From: Flavobacteriales bacterium
GTDB taxonomy: Bacteria; Bacteroidota; Bacteroidia; Flavobacteriales; TMED113
Direction of reading: 5' to 3'
Assembly (NCBI GenBank): GCA_002863085.1
Contig: PKDT01000006.1
Span: 14,595-78,594, forward strand
Length of the DNA stretch: 64,000 nt
Part shown: in pieces, positions 37,808 to 46,393 of the stretch
Layout of the letters: every line of letters starts with the position of its first letter
Position numbering within the stretch: position 1 is the first letter of the stretch
Made by a program: the position numbers and the translations under genes
Notes under the pieces: model-generated
Told to the model about the DNA's origin: nothing
The model's input: only the letters and a program-made list of their open reading frames with translations
Database searches by the model: none

Positions 37808-39061
37808 ATGAGAAGTACTAATAAAATTAGTTATGACAAAATTTTAATCTGTATTTATTCCGCTTTATTATTTATTGGATACTTTAGTATTTATTCGAGT
37901 AGTTTTTCAGGAACAGAAACAAAAATATTAACCGTAAGCACTATTTCGGGTAAACAACTAATTTTTATAATTGTATCGTTAATTACAGGACTATTGATTT
38001 TGTTAACTGATGTGAAGTTTATAATAAGATCAAGTTATTTTCTTTACGCTTTAAGTATCATATCATTGATTCTAGTTCTAATTTTTGGAAAAGAAGTAGG
38101 CGGTGCAAAAGCTTGGTTTAGTATGGGTGGTTTTGGTTTCCAGCCATCAGAATTTGTAAAACTTACAACTATTTTATCAATTAGTAAATATATACACGAT
38201 AATGAAATTTATTTGAACTCTTTAAAAAACATAATTAAGATATCATTATTTATCATGATACCAGCATTTTTAATTTTACTTCAGCCAGATGCTGGTTCGA
38301 CCTTAGTTTTTTTGGGACTTGTAATAATGATTTTTCGTGAGGGATTTCAAAATAGATATGTATTTAGTATTGTTATAACAAGTTTATTCTCAATTTTAAC
38401 AATTCTGATTGGTGTAAGTAAAACAATAATTTTTCTTATTTTTTGTACCGTTATTTTTTTTGTTTTTTTAAAAAAATATAGCAAAAGACTAATGCTTTCT
38501 TTTATTTTTTTTATTACTTGTTCTGTAATTATAAGCGGAATAAACTTTGCATATGAAAATATCTTACAGCCCCATCAAAAAGAGAGAATTGACATTATAA
38601 TTGGAAAAGAAAAAAATAAACTCGGATCTGGTTATAACTTAAATCAATCTCTTATAGCAATCGGATCAGGTGGAATAACAGGCAAGGGATTTTTGAAAGG
38701 AACACAAAATAAAGGAAATTTTGTGCCAGAACAAAATACCGATTTTATATTTTGCACAATTGGTGAAGAGTTTGGATTTATAGGAAGCTTAACAACACTA
38801 TCATTATTTTTTAGTTTAATACTAAGAATTATTTATTTAAGTGAAAAGCAATATTCAAGACTTAACCGAGTTTATGGATATAGTTTGGCTTCAATAATTT
38901 TTACTCACGTTTTTGTTAATATTGGAATGACTGTTGGCTTAGTTCCAGTAATTGGTATTCCTTTACCATTTTTGAGTTATGGTGGGTCATCTATGTTAAG
39001 CTTTAGTTTGATGTTTTTTTTATTTTTAAAACTTAACGCCTCAAAATTAGAACGATTTTAA
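37808..39061 (+). CDS. rodA: Rod shape-determining protein RodA (SEDS family)
   Basis: This is a 10-TM-type protein with motifs FQPSEFVKL, PEQNTDFIF and PLPFLSYGGSS. Confidence 0.85.
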   Translation: MRSTNKISYDKILICIYSALLFIGYFSIYSSSFSGTETKILTVSTISGKQLIFIIVSLITGLLILLTDVKFIIRSSYFLYALSIISLILVLIFGKEVGGAKAWFSMGGFGFQPSEFVKLTTILSISKYIHDNEIYLNSLKNIIKISLFIMIPAFLILLQPDAGSTLVFLGLVIMIFREGFQNRYVFSIVITSLFSILTILIGVSKTIIFLIFCTVIFFVFLKKYSKRLMLSFIFFITCSVIISGINFAYENILQPHQKERIDIIIGKEKNKLGSGYNLNQSLIAIGSGGITGKGFLKGTQNKGNFVPEQNTDFIFCTIGEEFGFIGSLTTLSLFFSLILRIIYLSEKQYSRLNRVYGYSLASIIFTHVFVNIGMTVGLVPVIGIPLPFLSYGGSSMLSFSLMFFLFLKLNASKLERF

Positions 39062-39068
39062 TTACAAT

Positions 39069-40898
39069 TTAATAAAAATTAAATCTGTTGTCCGTAATAT
39101 CTTTGCTATCTTTGATTGACTCGAAAAGTGATTGATTTACTTGTGATTGATAATCTTTTTCAATAATGTTTTTGTATCTGGATAGTGAGTTTGGTAGAAC
39201 TACTTCTCCTTCTTTATCCTTTACAAAAAGGACAACACCTTTTTCAAAGACAACAGGGTCAGATATAACATTCAACTTATGATTAAAAAAGCTTCCCACT
39301 AACTTTGGATTATATCCAATATCTCCAAAAGAATCAGAGCCAAACTTGAGATTACTGATTTTTTTCACGTCAGTTTCATATTGATTAGCCAGTTCTTCTA
39401 TACTGCTTGTGTTTGAGGAGGATATCTCCTGAGCTATTTTGTTGAATTTAAATCTGTTAGTTAATATTGTAATAATTTCAGATTGAACATCAATTAATGG
39501 AATATGTTTTTCTTCTGAAATATCTGATAAAAATGCAACAATATACTTGTCTTGGAGATCGAAAAATTTAGGTTCATTTAATATGGTAGAATTATCAAAG
39601 GCCCATTTTACAATTTCCCTAGAAGTACCAAGACCAGGGACAGACTGATCCATTTTTTCGAAAGAAACAGTTCTTGGTCTTAACTTTATTTCGTCTGATA
39701 AACTTTCAATGTCGTTTATTTTTGGATTTTTATTAATTAAATCAAATACCTCTGAATAAGTCTCATTAAGGGTTTCATCGCTTGCAAATAGTTCTCTTTC
39801 AAAATAAACAACTGAAATACTATCCTTTGTTCTTTCAATAACTCGGACCATTTTACAACTACCCTTCTCGATGTAAGGTTGAATAACATTTTCATTGACA
39901 ATTTTATTTGCAAATATTTCATTATACTCGTCAGTTGAGAAAACACTAACTTTATATTCATTGTCTGCATACATTGAAATAAAGGACTCAATATCATTTG
40001 TGTTTTTGAAACCTAACTCGACTTCATCCTCATTGGTTCTTTTATTAAAAATTTTTCTATCGCTAATCAGATTTTTTACTTCTGTTAGCATTGATTTTTT
40101 ATCATTTTCACTGGGGTCTAAAGCATATGAAAAATAAGTAATGGCGCGAACTGGAACATTAACAAAATCATCAATATTATTTTTATAATAGTCATTAATT
40201 TCCCTATTTGAAGGACTATAATCTAGGTCTGTTGCATTTGAAGTTATAAGGACATATCTTCCTGAGGAAGATTTTGTTTGATTTATGTAATAATTTTGCG
40301 CATTGTCATTTGTTGCATATAAACCTGAAGATACACAGCTGATGTACTTTTTGATTTGTTTATCTCTTATTTCATTTTCTTTAAAGAATCGATATCTGGG
40401 CCACTGGGCATTATCGGAACCCATTTGAATCCAATTTTTAATTAACTCAGGTGAATACTGGTTCCATTCACCGTCTTCGGTCTGTTCCCTGAAAAAAAAT
40501 CCAAATAAATTTGATTGGTTACCTGTATACTCCCCAGAAATTAAATCCCAAGATTCTTTATCACCGACATTGACACCAGATTGTTTAAGTTTCTCTTCAA
40601 GTAAAATATTTTCAATTGTTTTATCAAACAATAAATCTCTTTCGCTTTGCCTTTGTTCTTCAGTAACATTTACAGTGCCTAAAGATGACATAAATTTCAT
40701 ATTTATGTTTTTCTCCAGTTCCATTTCGAAGTTTGTAAACATGATTTTTTTATCATCAACCTTGAGCAAGGTGTTTTGTCCTTTTTGAAAGAGGGATGAA
40801 CCGGAATTCATTAAATCAGTAAGAATAAATCCTAACATAGCGACCCCAATTACAATAATTAAAAGCCCTGATTTTTTTCTAATATCATTTAGTGTCAT
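39069..40898 (-). CDS. PpiD/SurA-N-like periplasmic chaperone, apparently lacking a parvulin domain
   Basis: I chose the ATG at 40898, which gives MTLNDIRKKSGLLIIVIGVAMLGFILTDL, a typical PpiD N-terminal anchor. The motif PGLGTSREIVKWAF is present in the C-terminal part. I found no HILI / GGxLG parvulin signature by eye. Confidence 0.55.
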   Translation of the reverse strand: MTLNDIRKKSGLLIIVIGVAMLGFILTDLMNSGSSLFQKGQNTLLKVDDKKIMFTNFEMELEKNINMKFMSSLGTVNVTEEQRQSERDLLFDKTIENILLEEKLKQSGVNVGDKESWDLISGEYTGNQSNLFGFFFREQTEDGEWNQYSPELIKNWIQMGSDNAQWPRYRFFKENEIRDKQIKKYISCVSSGLYATNDNAQNYYINQTKSSSGRYVLITSNATDLDYSPSNREINDYYKNNIDDFVNVPVRAITYFSYALDPSENDKKSMLTEVKNLISDRKIFNKRTNEDEVELGFKNTNDIESFISMYADNEYKVSVFSTDEYNEIFANKIVNENVIQPYIEKGSCKMVRVIERTKDSISVVYFERELFASDETLNETYSEVFDLINKNPKINDIESLSDEIKLRPRTVSFEKMDQSVPGLGTSREIVKWAFDNSTILNEPKFFDLQDKYIVAFLSDISEEKHIPLIDVQSEIITILTNRFKFNKIAQEISSSNTSSIEELANQYETDVKKISNLKFGSDSFGDIGYNPKLVGSFFNHKLNVISDPVVFEKGVVLFVKDKEGEVVLPNSLSRYKNIIEKDYQSQVNQSLFESIKDSKDITDNRFNFY

Positions 40899-40930
40899 AT
40901 TTTGATTTTTTTGGGTTACGAATATACAAA

Positions 40931-42196
40931 TTATTCTTCCATGACACAAAGAATAACTTCTTCAATAAAGTTATCTTTGATATTCAAAATTTTAAATTTA
41001 TGATTTGCAATAATAATTTCTTCTTGATTTTTTGGTATTCTTCCAATTTGGCCGATAATATATCCATTTAGAGTATCATACTCGTCTGATTTATCAAAAT
41101 TTATTAAGTACATTTTATTTAATTCATCTATTTTGTGCTTTCCGGATAAATGAAATTTCTTGTCAGAAAGCTTTATTCCGTTAAAAGTAGTTTCATCATG
41201 CTCATCTTCAATCTCCCCCACAAGTTCCTCTATTATATCTTCAACACAAATTAGTCCAGAGGTCCCACCATACTCGTCAACAACTAATGATACACTTCTT
41301 CTCTTTTTGAGTAAACTATCAAGCGCTTCATTAACTAACATGCTTTCAGAGACAATTGAGATAGGTAAAAGTATTTCGTTGATATTTTCTGGCTTTTTAA
41401 ATATTTCATAAGAGTGGACATATGCAATTATATTATCTAAGTTTTTCTTGTAAACTAATATTTTTGAATGTCCTGTTGATATAAATTTTTTTTTCAAATC
41501 TTCAACTGTGTCATTAATTTCAACTCCGACAATATCAGTTCTTGGTATCATGCAATCGCGGACTCTTGTTTTTGAAAAATTAAGTGCATTTTTTAAAATT
41601 TCAATTTCAGGTTCAATATTTGTATTTGAATTTTTAAGAATTTCATTATGTTCCTCTAAATAATCATCAAGGTCTACTCTACTAAATGAAAAATCAGTTG
41701 AACTTGAGTTAACTCCTAAAAACTTATTTAAAAAAAGATTAGCTATATAATTTATAACGATTGAAAATGGATAAAATAATTTAACTGCAAGGATAGCAGG
41801 AAATGCGAAGAAACTCAATAATTGATTGGGGAATATAAAAAAGATCACTTTGGGTAGAAAGTCTGCAATAATTAAAACAAAAAAAGATGTTATTAGGACT
41901 TGAAATAATAAAACAAGATAAGGATTAGATGACAGACTTAGAATAATGAAAGGTTTAATAATTAAAGAAAAATAAGTACTAAAAACAACAATTGAAATAA
42001 TGTTTCCAATTAACATTGATATAATAAAATTACTCGGCCTCTCAGTAAATTTAGAGACAATTGAATTTGTATACTTGCCCTCACCTTTTTCTAAATAAAT
42101 CTTAAGCTTATTTGATGAGGCAAAAGCTGTCTCCATACCAGAAAAAAATGCTGACAAAATTAAGCTTAAGGCAATGATAAAAAGGTCATTAGACAT
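40931..42196 (-). CDS. Hemolysin/CNNM family protein (DUF21 membrane domain + CBS pair + CorC_HlyC)
   Basis: A four-TM N-terminus is followed by RVRDCMIPRTDIV, VVDEYGGTSGLICVEDIIEELVGEIEDEHD and a C-terminal CorC-type domain. Confidence 0.75.
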   Translation of the reverse strand: MSNDLFIIALSLILSAFFSGMETAFASSNKLKIYLEKGEGKYTNSIVSKFTERPSNFIISMLIGNIISIVVFSTYFSLIIKPFIILSLSSNPYLVLLFQVLITSFFVLIIADFLPKVIFFIFPNQLLSFFAFPAILAVKLFYPFSIVINYIANLFLNKFLGVNSSSTDFSFSRVDLDDYLEEHNEILKNSNTNIEPEIEILKNALNFSKTRVRDCMIPRTDIVGVEINDTVEDLKKKFISTGHSKILVYKKNLDNIIAYVHSYEIFKKPENINEILLPISIVSESMLVNEALDSLLKKRRSVSLVVDEYGGTSGLICVEDIIEELVGEIEDEHDETTFNGIKLSDKKFHLSGKHKIDELNKMYLINFDKSDEYDTLNGYIIGQIGRIPKNQEEIIIANHKFKILNIKDNFIEEVILCVMEE

Positions 42197-42204
42197 AGAT
42201 ATTA

Positions 42205-42714
42205 TTAAAGATAAATTTTTCCAGTTAAGTTTGACAGAGTATATGACTCAAAGTTTTCATCAGTTTCAAATCCATATCCCATTATAATTTGACTGTCTGT
42301 TTTTATAGTCACAAGTTCTTCTGTATAAATTGTTTTTGACTTAGTATTCCAAATCAGATGTTCTGTCATTAATTGTTCATTCTTGTTGTTGGTTAAAATA
42401 ACATTTTTTTTTGCTTCAAAAACATCATCTATTTTATTTTGAAAGGCGTAATCAGATTTAATAGTAAGAATCGTGTCTAATTTTACATTATACACATAGA
42501 CTTCAATGCCATATTGAAAAATATTTTCATTTGAACCTTGACTCATTTCAGAAGCTATTAGTTTGAATTCTAATTTATCTTCGTTGAAATATGAAATTGA
42601 TATGTCCTCAGCTGTATCATTTAACAGTTGATATTTATAAGAATTTTGTGTTATTTCAGTACCATTAGAACATGATAAAAACAATACAAAAACCAAACAT
42701 AAAAAAGTCCTCAT
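42205..42714 (-). CDS. lptC: LptC-like periplasmic LPS export protein (lipoprotein)
   Basis: I chose the ATG at 42714, which gives MRTFLCLVFVLFLSCSNG with a lipobox-like LSC. The C-terminal pattern LIWNTKSKTIYTEELVTIKTDSQIIMGYGFETDENFESYTLSNLTGKI and the synteny both resemble flavobacterial LptC. Confidence 0.5.
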   Translation of the reverse strand: MRTFLCLVFVLFLSCSNGTEITQNSYKYQLLNDTAEDISISYFNEDKLEFKLIASEMSQGSNENIFQYGIEVYVYNVKLDTILTIKSDYAFQNKIDDVFEAKKNVILTNNKNEQLMTEHLIWNTKSKTIYTEELVTIKTDSQIIMGYGFETDENFESYTLSNLTGKIYL

Positions 42715-42719
42715 GAACA

Positions 42720-44165
42720 TTAATTTGAAAAGTATGGGTTTTGAACAGTTTCTTTGTACCAGCAATCAATTGTGTGTGTTTTTGAATCTAAACCAATCAC
42801 CTGAAATGTTGAAGTTTTATCGGGCATCTGTTCAGTATAGATCTTAATTTTCTTATTTGCCTCATCAACAGAAGACCCATCAATTCTTTTAGCATATTTA
42901 TATTTTTCAATTGCAGCCCAATAGCCTACTCTCTTTGTAAACTCGTCATATTGTAAATCACCTGTGTTCTCACCACATTTTCTGGAGGTTTGAGCGTATA
43001 AATCACCAATTAAAATAAAAGGTGCGCCCCAGCCTGCTCGAAGAGAAACCGCTTCTAATGCAGTTTTTTTTGACTTAATATTTTGACCCATTGAATAATA
43101 TGTTTTGGCTAAATAAAATAAATAGTCAGACTTTTTGATACTATCATTTTCACCATCAACTGCTTGAATAAAATACTCCAGGGCCTTATTGAAATTCTCT
43201 TTCCGTAGTGACCGTACACCCATGTTAAAAGCAGATTTTGGGGTTGGATTAAGTTCGTATTGTTGAGCAGCAATCATAAAGTAAATATCCGTGTCAACAC
43301 AATCATTTTTTCTTAGAAGCTGTGCAGCTCTTTGCAACCAATCAAAGTCATTTTTGTTTTTCTCAAAGGAAGGTTCATAAAGAGCATCAAGCTTTTCACA
43401 TGTTACATGCGGAGCAAGAGTTTTTTCCATATTTGCTCTAACATCGCCTAATGTTTTAAGTTCAGATGAATTTCTTTTTATTTGTTTTTTTTCTTTATTT
43501 GTTGGTGTTCTATTATCTGTGAGGGAAAAGTTTTGCTGTTTTAAATCAGCCTCTTTATAGTCAATAACTGATGAAACTTCCGAAAATAAATCAATCAAAT
43601 CTTCCTTTGTCATTATTTTTAATGAAGTTAGTTTAGCGGCAGATGCGAAATAATAATTTAAAGCACGTGCTGTTGAGTTCTCAGAATCTATAACAAAACT
43701 TTCTTTAAGCGTTTCAAAAGCTTCTTGAACACTTGTGACATCTGACTTTCTAAATTTGTAAATATCTGATCCTTTGTAACCCAGAACTAGCCCCTCTTGA
43801 CCCGGATAAAACAAATTTCTAAGGTCATATACCATAATCAAGTCACTGATTAAGGACTCTCTCTTGAGACTGTCCTTTTCATTTTTAATAAAATGTTTGA
43901 ACATAGTTGCTCCATGTGTATAAATATTTTTAGTTCTCTTTGGCGCATTTCTAATTAGGTATAGCCAAGATTCTAAAGCAGAGTCAAAAGACTTCTGCTT
44001 GTAGAATTCTGTGTAAATAGAAAGGTTTTCTTCGCACTTCACTGTATCATTCCCATATTTACCAAAATCATTATTTAAATTCTTGAAATCAATATTAATT
44101 AAACTTTCTTGAGTAAACACTGGACTGTACACAACAGCAATTAAAAAAAATATTTTTAGTTTCAT
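42720..44165 (-). CDS. Secreted tetratricopeptide-repeat-like protein
   Basis: A signal peptide is followed by a 481-aa helical-repeat-rich sequence (ALEYFIQAV, YYSMGQNIKSKKTALEAVSL). Confidence 0.5.
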   Translation of the reverse strand: MKLKIFFLIAVVYSPVFTQESLINIDFKNLNNDFGKYGNDTVKCEENLSIYTEFYKQKSFDSALESWLYLIRNAPKRTKNIYTHGATMFKHFIKNEKDSLKRESLISDLIMVYDLRNLFYPGQEGLVLGYKGSDIYKFRKSDVTSVQEAFETLKESFVIDSENSTARALNYYFASAAKLTSLKIMTKEDLIDLFSEVSSVIDYKEADLKQQNFSLTDNRTPTNKEKKQIKRNSSELKTLGDVRANMEKTLAPHVTCEKLDALYEPSFEKNKNDFDWLQRAAQLLRKNDCVDTDIYFMIAAQQYELNPTPKSAFNMGVRSLRKENFNKALEYFIQAVDGENDSIKKSDYLFYLAKTYYSMGQNIKSKKTALEAVSLRAGWGAPFILIGDLYAQTSRKCGENTGDLQYDEFTKRVGYWAAIEKYKYAKRIDGSSVDEANKKIKIYTEQMPDKTSTFQVIGLDSKTHTIDCWYKETVQNPYFSN

Positions 44166-44175
44166 AAAGTTTGAT

Positions 44176-45465
44176 TTAATCTATTTTTCTTTTTTTGAAC
44201 CACTTCTCATTTAAAGTCATTGAAAACATAAAACTGAAATAACTTTCTCCTATAACTTCAGAACTAATATTGCTTCTGAGCCGGTCACGTACACCATATT
44301 TTATTCCAATGTTTGCTCTTGATAAAACTTTGTTCATTGGTAGAGAAACACCTAGGCTTAATGATAAATCTTCTAACATTTCATCACCCTGTAAATTAAA
44401 TAAATCGGAAATATTTACATAACCATATGAATATGATAGTCCTACACAATATCGAACTCTTTTCCAATAACTATAAATATCCATCTCATTGGGGACGAAT
44501 GATCCTCCGACTATGAAGCGATTTTCATCTTCAATAAACTGTGTTGAATTTATTGAAGAATATAAATTTTTCCAATTAGTATAGTTATAATCTACACCAA
44601 AATTCCATTTTTTTTCTGACATAATTGAAAAACCAACCTTAAGCGAATAAGGTAATTCAATAATACCATCTTGATTTTTAGAAAATGATATTGTATCGAC
44701 AAAGTTTTCAAAGTCACCTGAACTAGTGAAAGTATACTGAAAATTTTGAATGGATGATTTAATGTTAGATTGTGGTGTAAAAATTGAAGCTATATTTATT
44801 TTTTTTTCATTTATTTTAAAATAATAAAGTGCTCCAATTTCAAAATTGTAATCAGAAACGGAGAATAATGACTCATCACGATATTTAATAGTACTATTTT
44901 GAGTTGAAATATCTAGATTGCTATTAATTGGGCCGAAAAGATAGTTTAAATTAAAACCTAAGGAAAAGTTTTCTAAGATTTGTCTCCCATATCCTAGCAC
45001 TAATTTGTTCAGACCTCCTGAACCATAATATTTATAAATTTCTTGACCAATAATTTCATTTGTAAATATCGTTCTTGAAATATTATATCCAACACTACTG
45101 TAGGGGAAAACACCTACAGCTATAGCAGATTTATTTGAGATGGGAAATGCGAGGCTAATATTGGACAAACTAGTTGTATTGTTTTTTTGTTCAATATCAT
45201 ATTGAGTTAGTTTTGTTATGTTGGTTAGAAAACCAAAATTAAATGAAGTTTGATTTAAAAACGAATATGACGCAGGATTACTAAAGTTAGTAGTTGTTGT
45301 TAGGGCTAAAGAATTGCTTAAACCTCCCATGGATAAGAAATAAGTTGAATTTGAATTCTGAATACTACCCAAACCAAAATAAGAATAGGGTGAGTATGTA
45401 TTTACTTGACTTTGAAACGTAAATACTGTAAAAAAAATTATAATAAAACTAATTTTTGTTTTCAT
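44176..45465 (-). CDS. Uncharacterised outer-membrane beta-barrel protein
   Basis: A signal peptide is followed by NTYSPYSYFGLG. The 429-aa product has alternating amphipathic strands throughout. I am not confident of any family assignment. Confidence 0.45.
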   Translation of the reverse strand: MKTKISFIIIFFTVFTFQSQVNTYSPYSYFGLGSIQNSNSTYFLSMGGLSNSLALTTTTNFSNPASYSFLNQTSFNFGFLTNITKLTQYDIEQKNNTTSLSNISLAFPISNKSAIAVGVFPYSSVGYNISRTIFTNEIIGQEIYKYYGSGGLNKLVLGYGRQILENFSLGFNLNYLFGPINSNLDISTQNSTIKYRDESLFSVSDYNFEIGALYYFKINEKKINIASIFTPQSNIKSSIQNFQYTFTSSGDFENFVDTISFSKNQDGIIELPYSLKVGFSIMSEKKWNFGVDYNYTNWKNLYSSINSTQFIEDENRFIVGGSFVPNEMDIYSYWKRVRYCVGLSYSYGYVNISDLFNLQGDEMLEDLSLSLGVSLPMNKVLSRANIGIKYGVRDRLRSNISSEVIGESYFSFMFSMTLNEKWFKKRKID

Positions 45466-46177
45466 TTAATGCAATAATATAATTTAAACCATCCATTAAC
45501 AAATAAGGATGGCTAAAATTTATTTTTTTTGATTTATTTTCAAAAAACTTATAATCTCCCCCAGTAATTACAACCTTTAATTTAGGGTACTTATTAATAT
45601 ATTTTTTAATCACTCCATCAATCTCAAATAGGACTGAATCAGCTATACCAACTTCAAGTGAGGTTTTGGTTGAGTCCCCAATGAATTTTATATTTTTATT
45701 AAATTTCAACAAAGGCAGCTTTTTTGTAAAAGAGTTTACTGATTTGAATCTAATATTAAGACCTGGACTAATTTGCCCCCCCAAATGTTTTTTATCAATA
45801 ATTAAATCATATGTAATGCATGTTCCAAGGTCTATCACTAAGATGTCATGCAAATAATTTCTTACAGCACCACAACATAATGCAATCCTATCACAACCTA
45901 AATTTTGGATACTATTATAATGTGATTCAAATGGTAGAACTAATGTTTCGCTGACATTATATATGTTTACATCAAGGTGGTTTATTTTATTTAAAAAATT
46001 ATTATTATGCTCTTTGTTGTTGCAATATGCAACATTTTTGATATCTTTAAATCTCATCAAAATATCTCTGAAGTAATTAAAATCTAACTTATCTAAGGTA
46101 TTGTATTCAAAAATCTCATCTTGGTTATATATTGACCATTTGACTCTTGAATTTCCTACGTCTATTAAAAGATTCAT
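45449..46177 (-). CDS. coaX: Type III pantothenate kinase
   Basis: Motifs LLIDVGNSRVKW, DLGTCITYD and ITGGD are present. The gene is 242 aa. Confidence 0.85.
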   Translation of the reverse strand: MNLLIDVGNSRVKWSIYNQDEIFEYNTLDKLDFNYFRDILMRFKDIKNVAYCNNKEHNNNFLNKINHLDVNIYNVSETLVLPFESHYNSIQNLGCDRIALCCGAVRNYLHDILVIDLGTCITYDLIIDKKHLGGQISPGLNIRFKSVNSFTKKLPLLKFNKNIKFIGDSTKTSLEVGIADSVLFEIDGVIKKYINKYPKLKVVITGGDYKFFENKSKKINFSHPYLLMDGLNYIIALNENKN

Positions 46178-46198
46178 AAAGTTATTGCCTTATTTAAG

Positions 46199-46206
46199 CA
46201 AATTTA
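46199..46206 (-). promoter_or_regulatory. Bacteroidetes-type -7 promoter box (TAAATTTG on the minus strand) for the coaX operon
   Basis: The plus strand reads CAAATTTA. On the minus strand this is a perfect TAnnTTTG match ending 21 nt upstream of the coaX ATG at 46177. Confidence 0.5.
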
Positions 46207-46241
46207 TAAAATGAGATGTTATGATTCTAATAAATAGATAT

Positions 46242-46249
46242 TATATTTG
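46242..46249 (+). promoter_or_regulatory. Bacteroidetes-type -7 promoter box (TATATTTG) for tRNA-Phe
   Basis: This is a perfect TAnnTTTG match ending 15 nt upstream of the tRNA 5' end at 46265. Confidence 0.5.
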
Positions 46250-46264
46250 CTATCAAAAATGTAA

Positions 46265-46337
46265 GGTGCTATAGCTCAGTTGGTAGAGCAAAGGACTGAA
46301 AATCCTTGTGTCCCTGGTTCGAATCCTGGTAGCACCA
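46265..46337 (+). tRNA. tRNA-Phe (anticodon GAA)
   Basis: Hand-folded. Acceptor GGTGCTA pairs with TAGCACC. Anticodon stem AAGGA/TCCTT carries loop CTGAAAA. The T-loop is GGTTCGAATCC. Confidence 0.95.
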
Positions 46338-46340
46338 CAA

Positions 46341-46378
46341 AAGCGGAATTTACTGGTCATCCAAATTCCGCTTTTTAA
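46341..46378 (+). terminator. Rho-independent terminator-like hairpin after tRNA-Phe
   Basis: A perfect 11-bp stem (AAGCGGAATTT at 46341-46351 pairing with AAATTCCGCTT at 46363-46373) encloses an 11-nt loop. A T-run follows. Confidence 0.6.
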
Positions 46379-46393
46379 TTTTAACTTCTGAAC

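Noticed and set aside
40931-42765. The possibility that the CNNM/CorC-like gene and the adjacent 169-aa lipoprotein are the gliding-motility pair gldE/gldD.
   Set aside because: As I recall it, gldD lies downstream of gldE in Flavobacterium johnsoniae. Here the lipoprotein is upstream and has an LptC-like C-terminal pattern. The TPR-lptC-CNNM-ppiD context fits the non-gliding paralog. I cannot decide this without a database search, so I assign no gld symbol.
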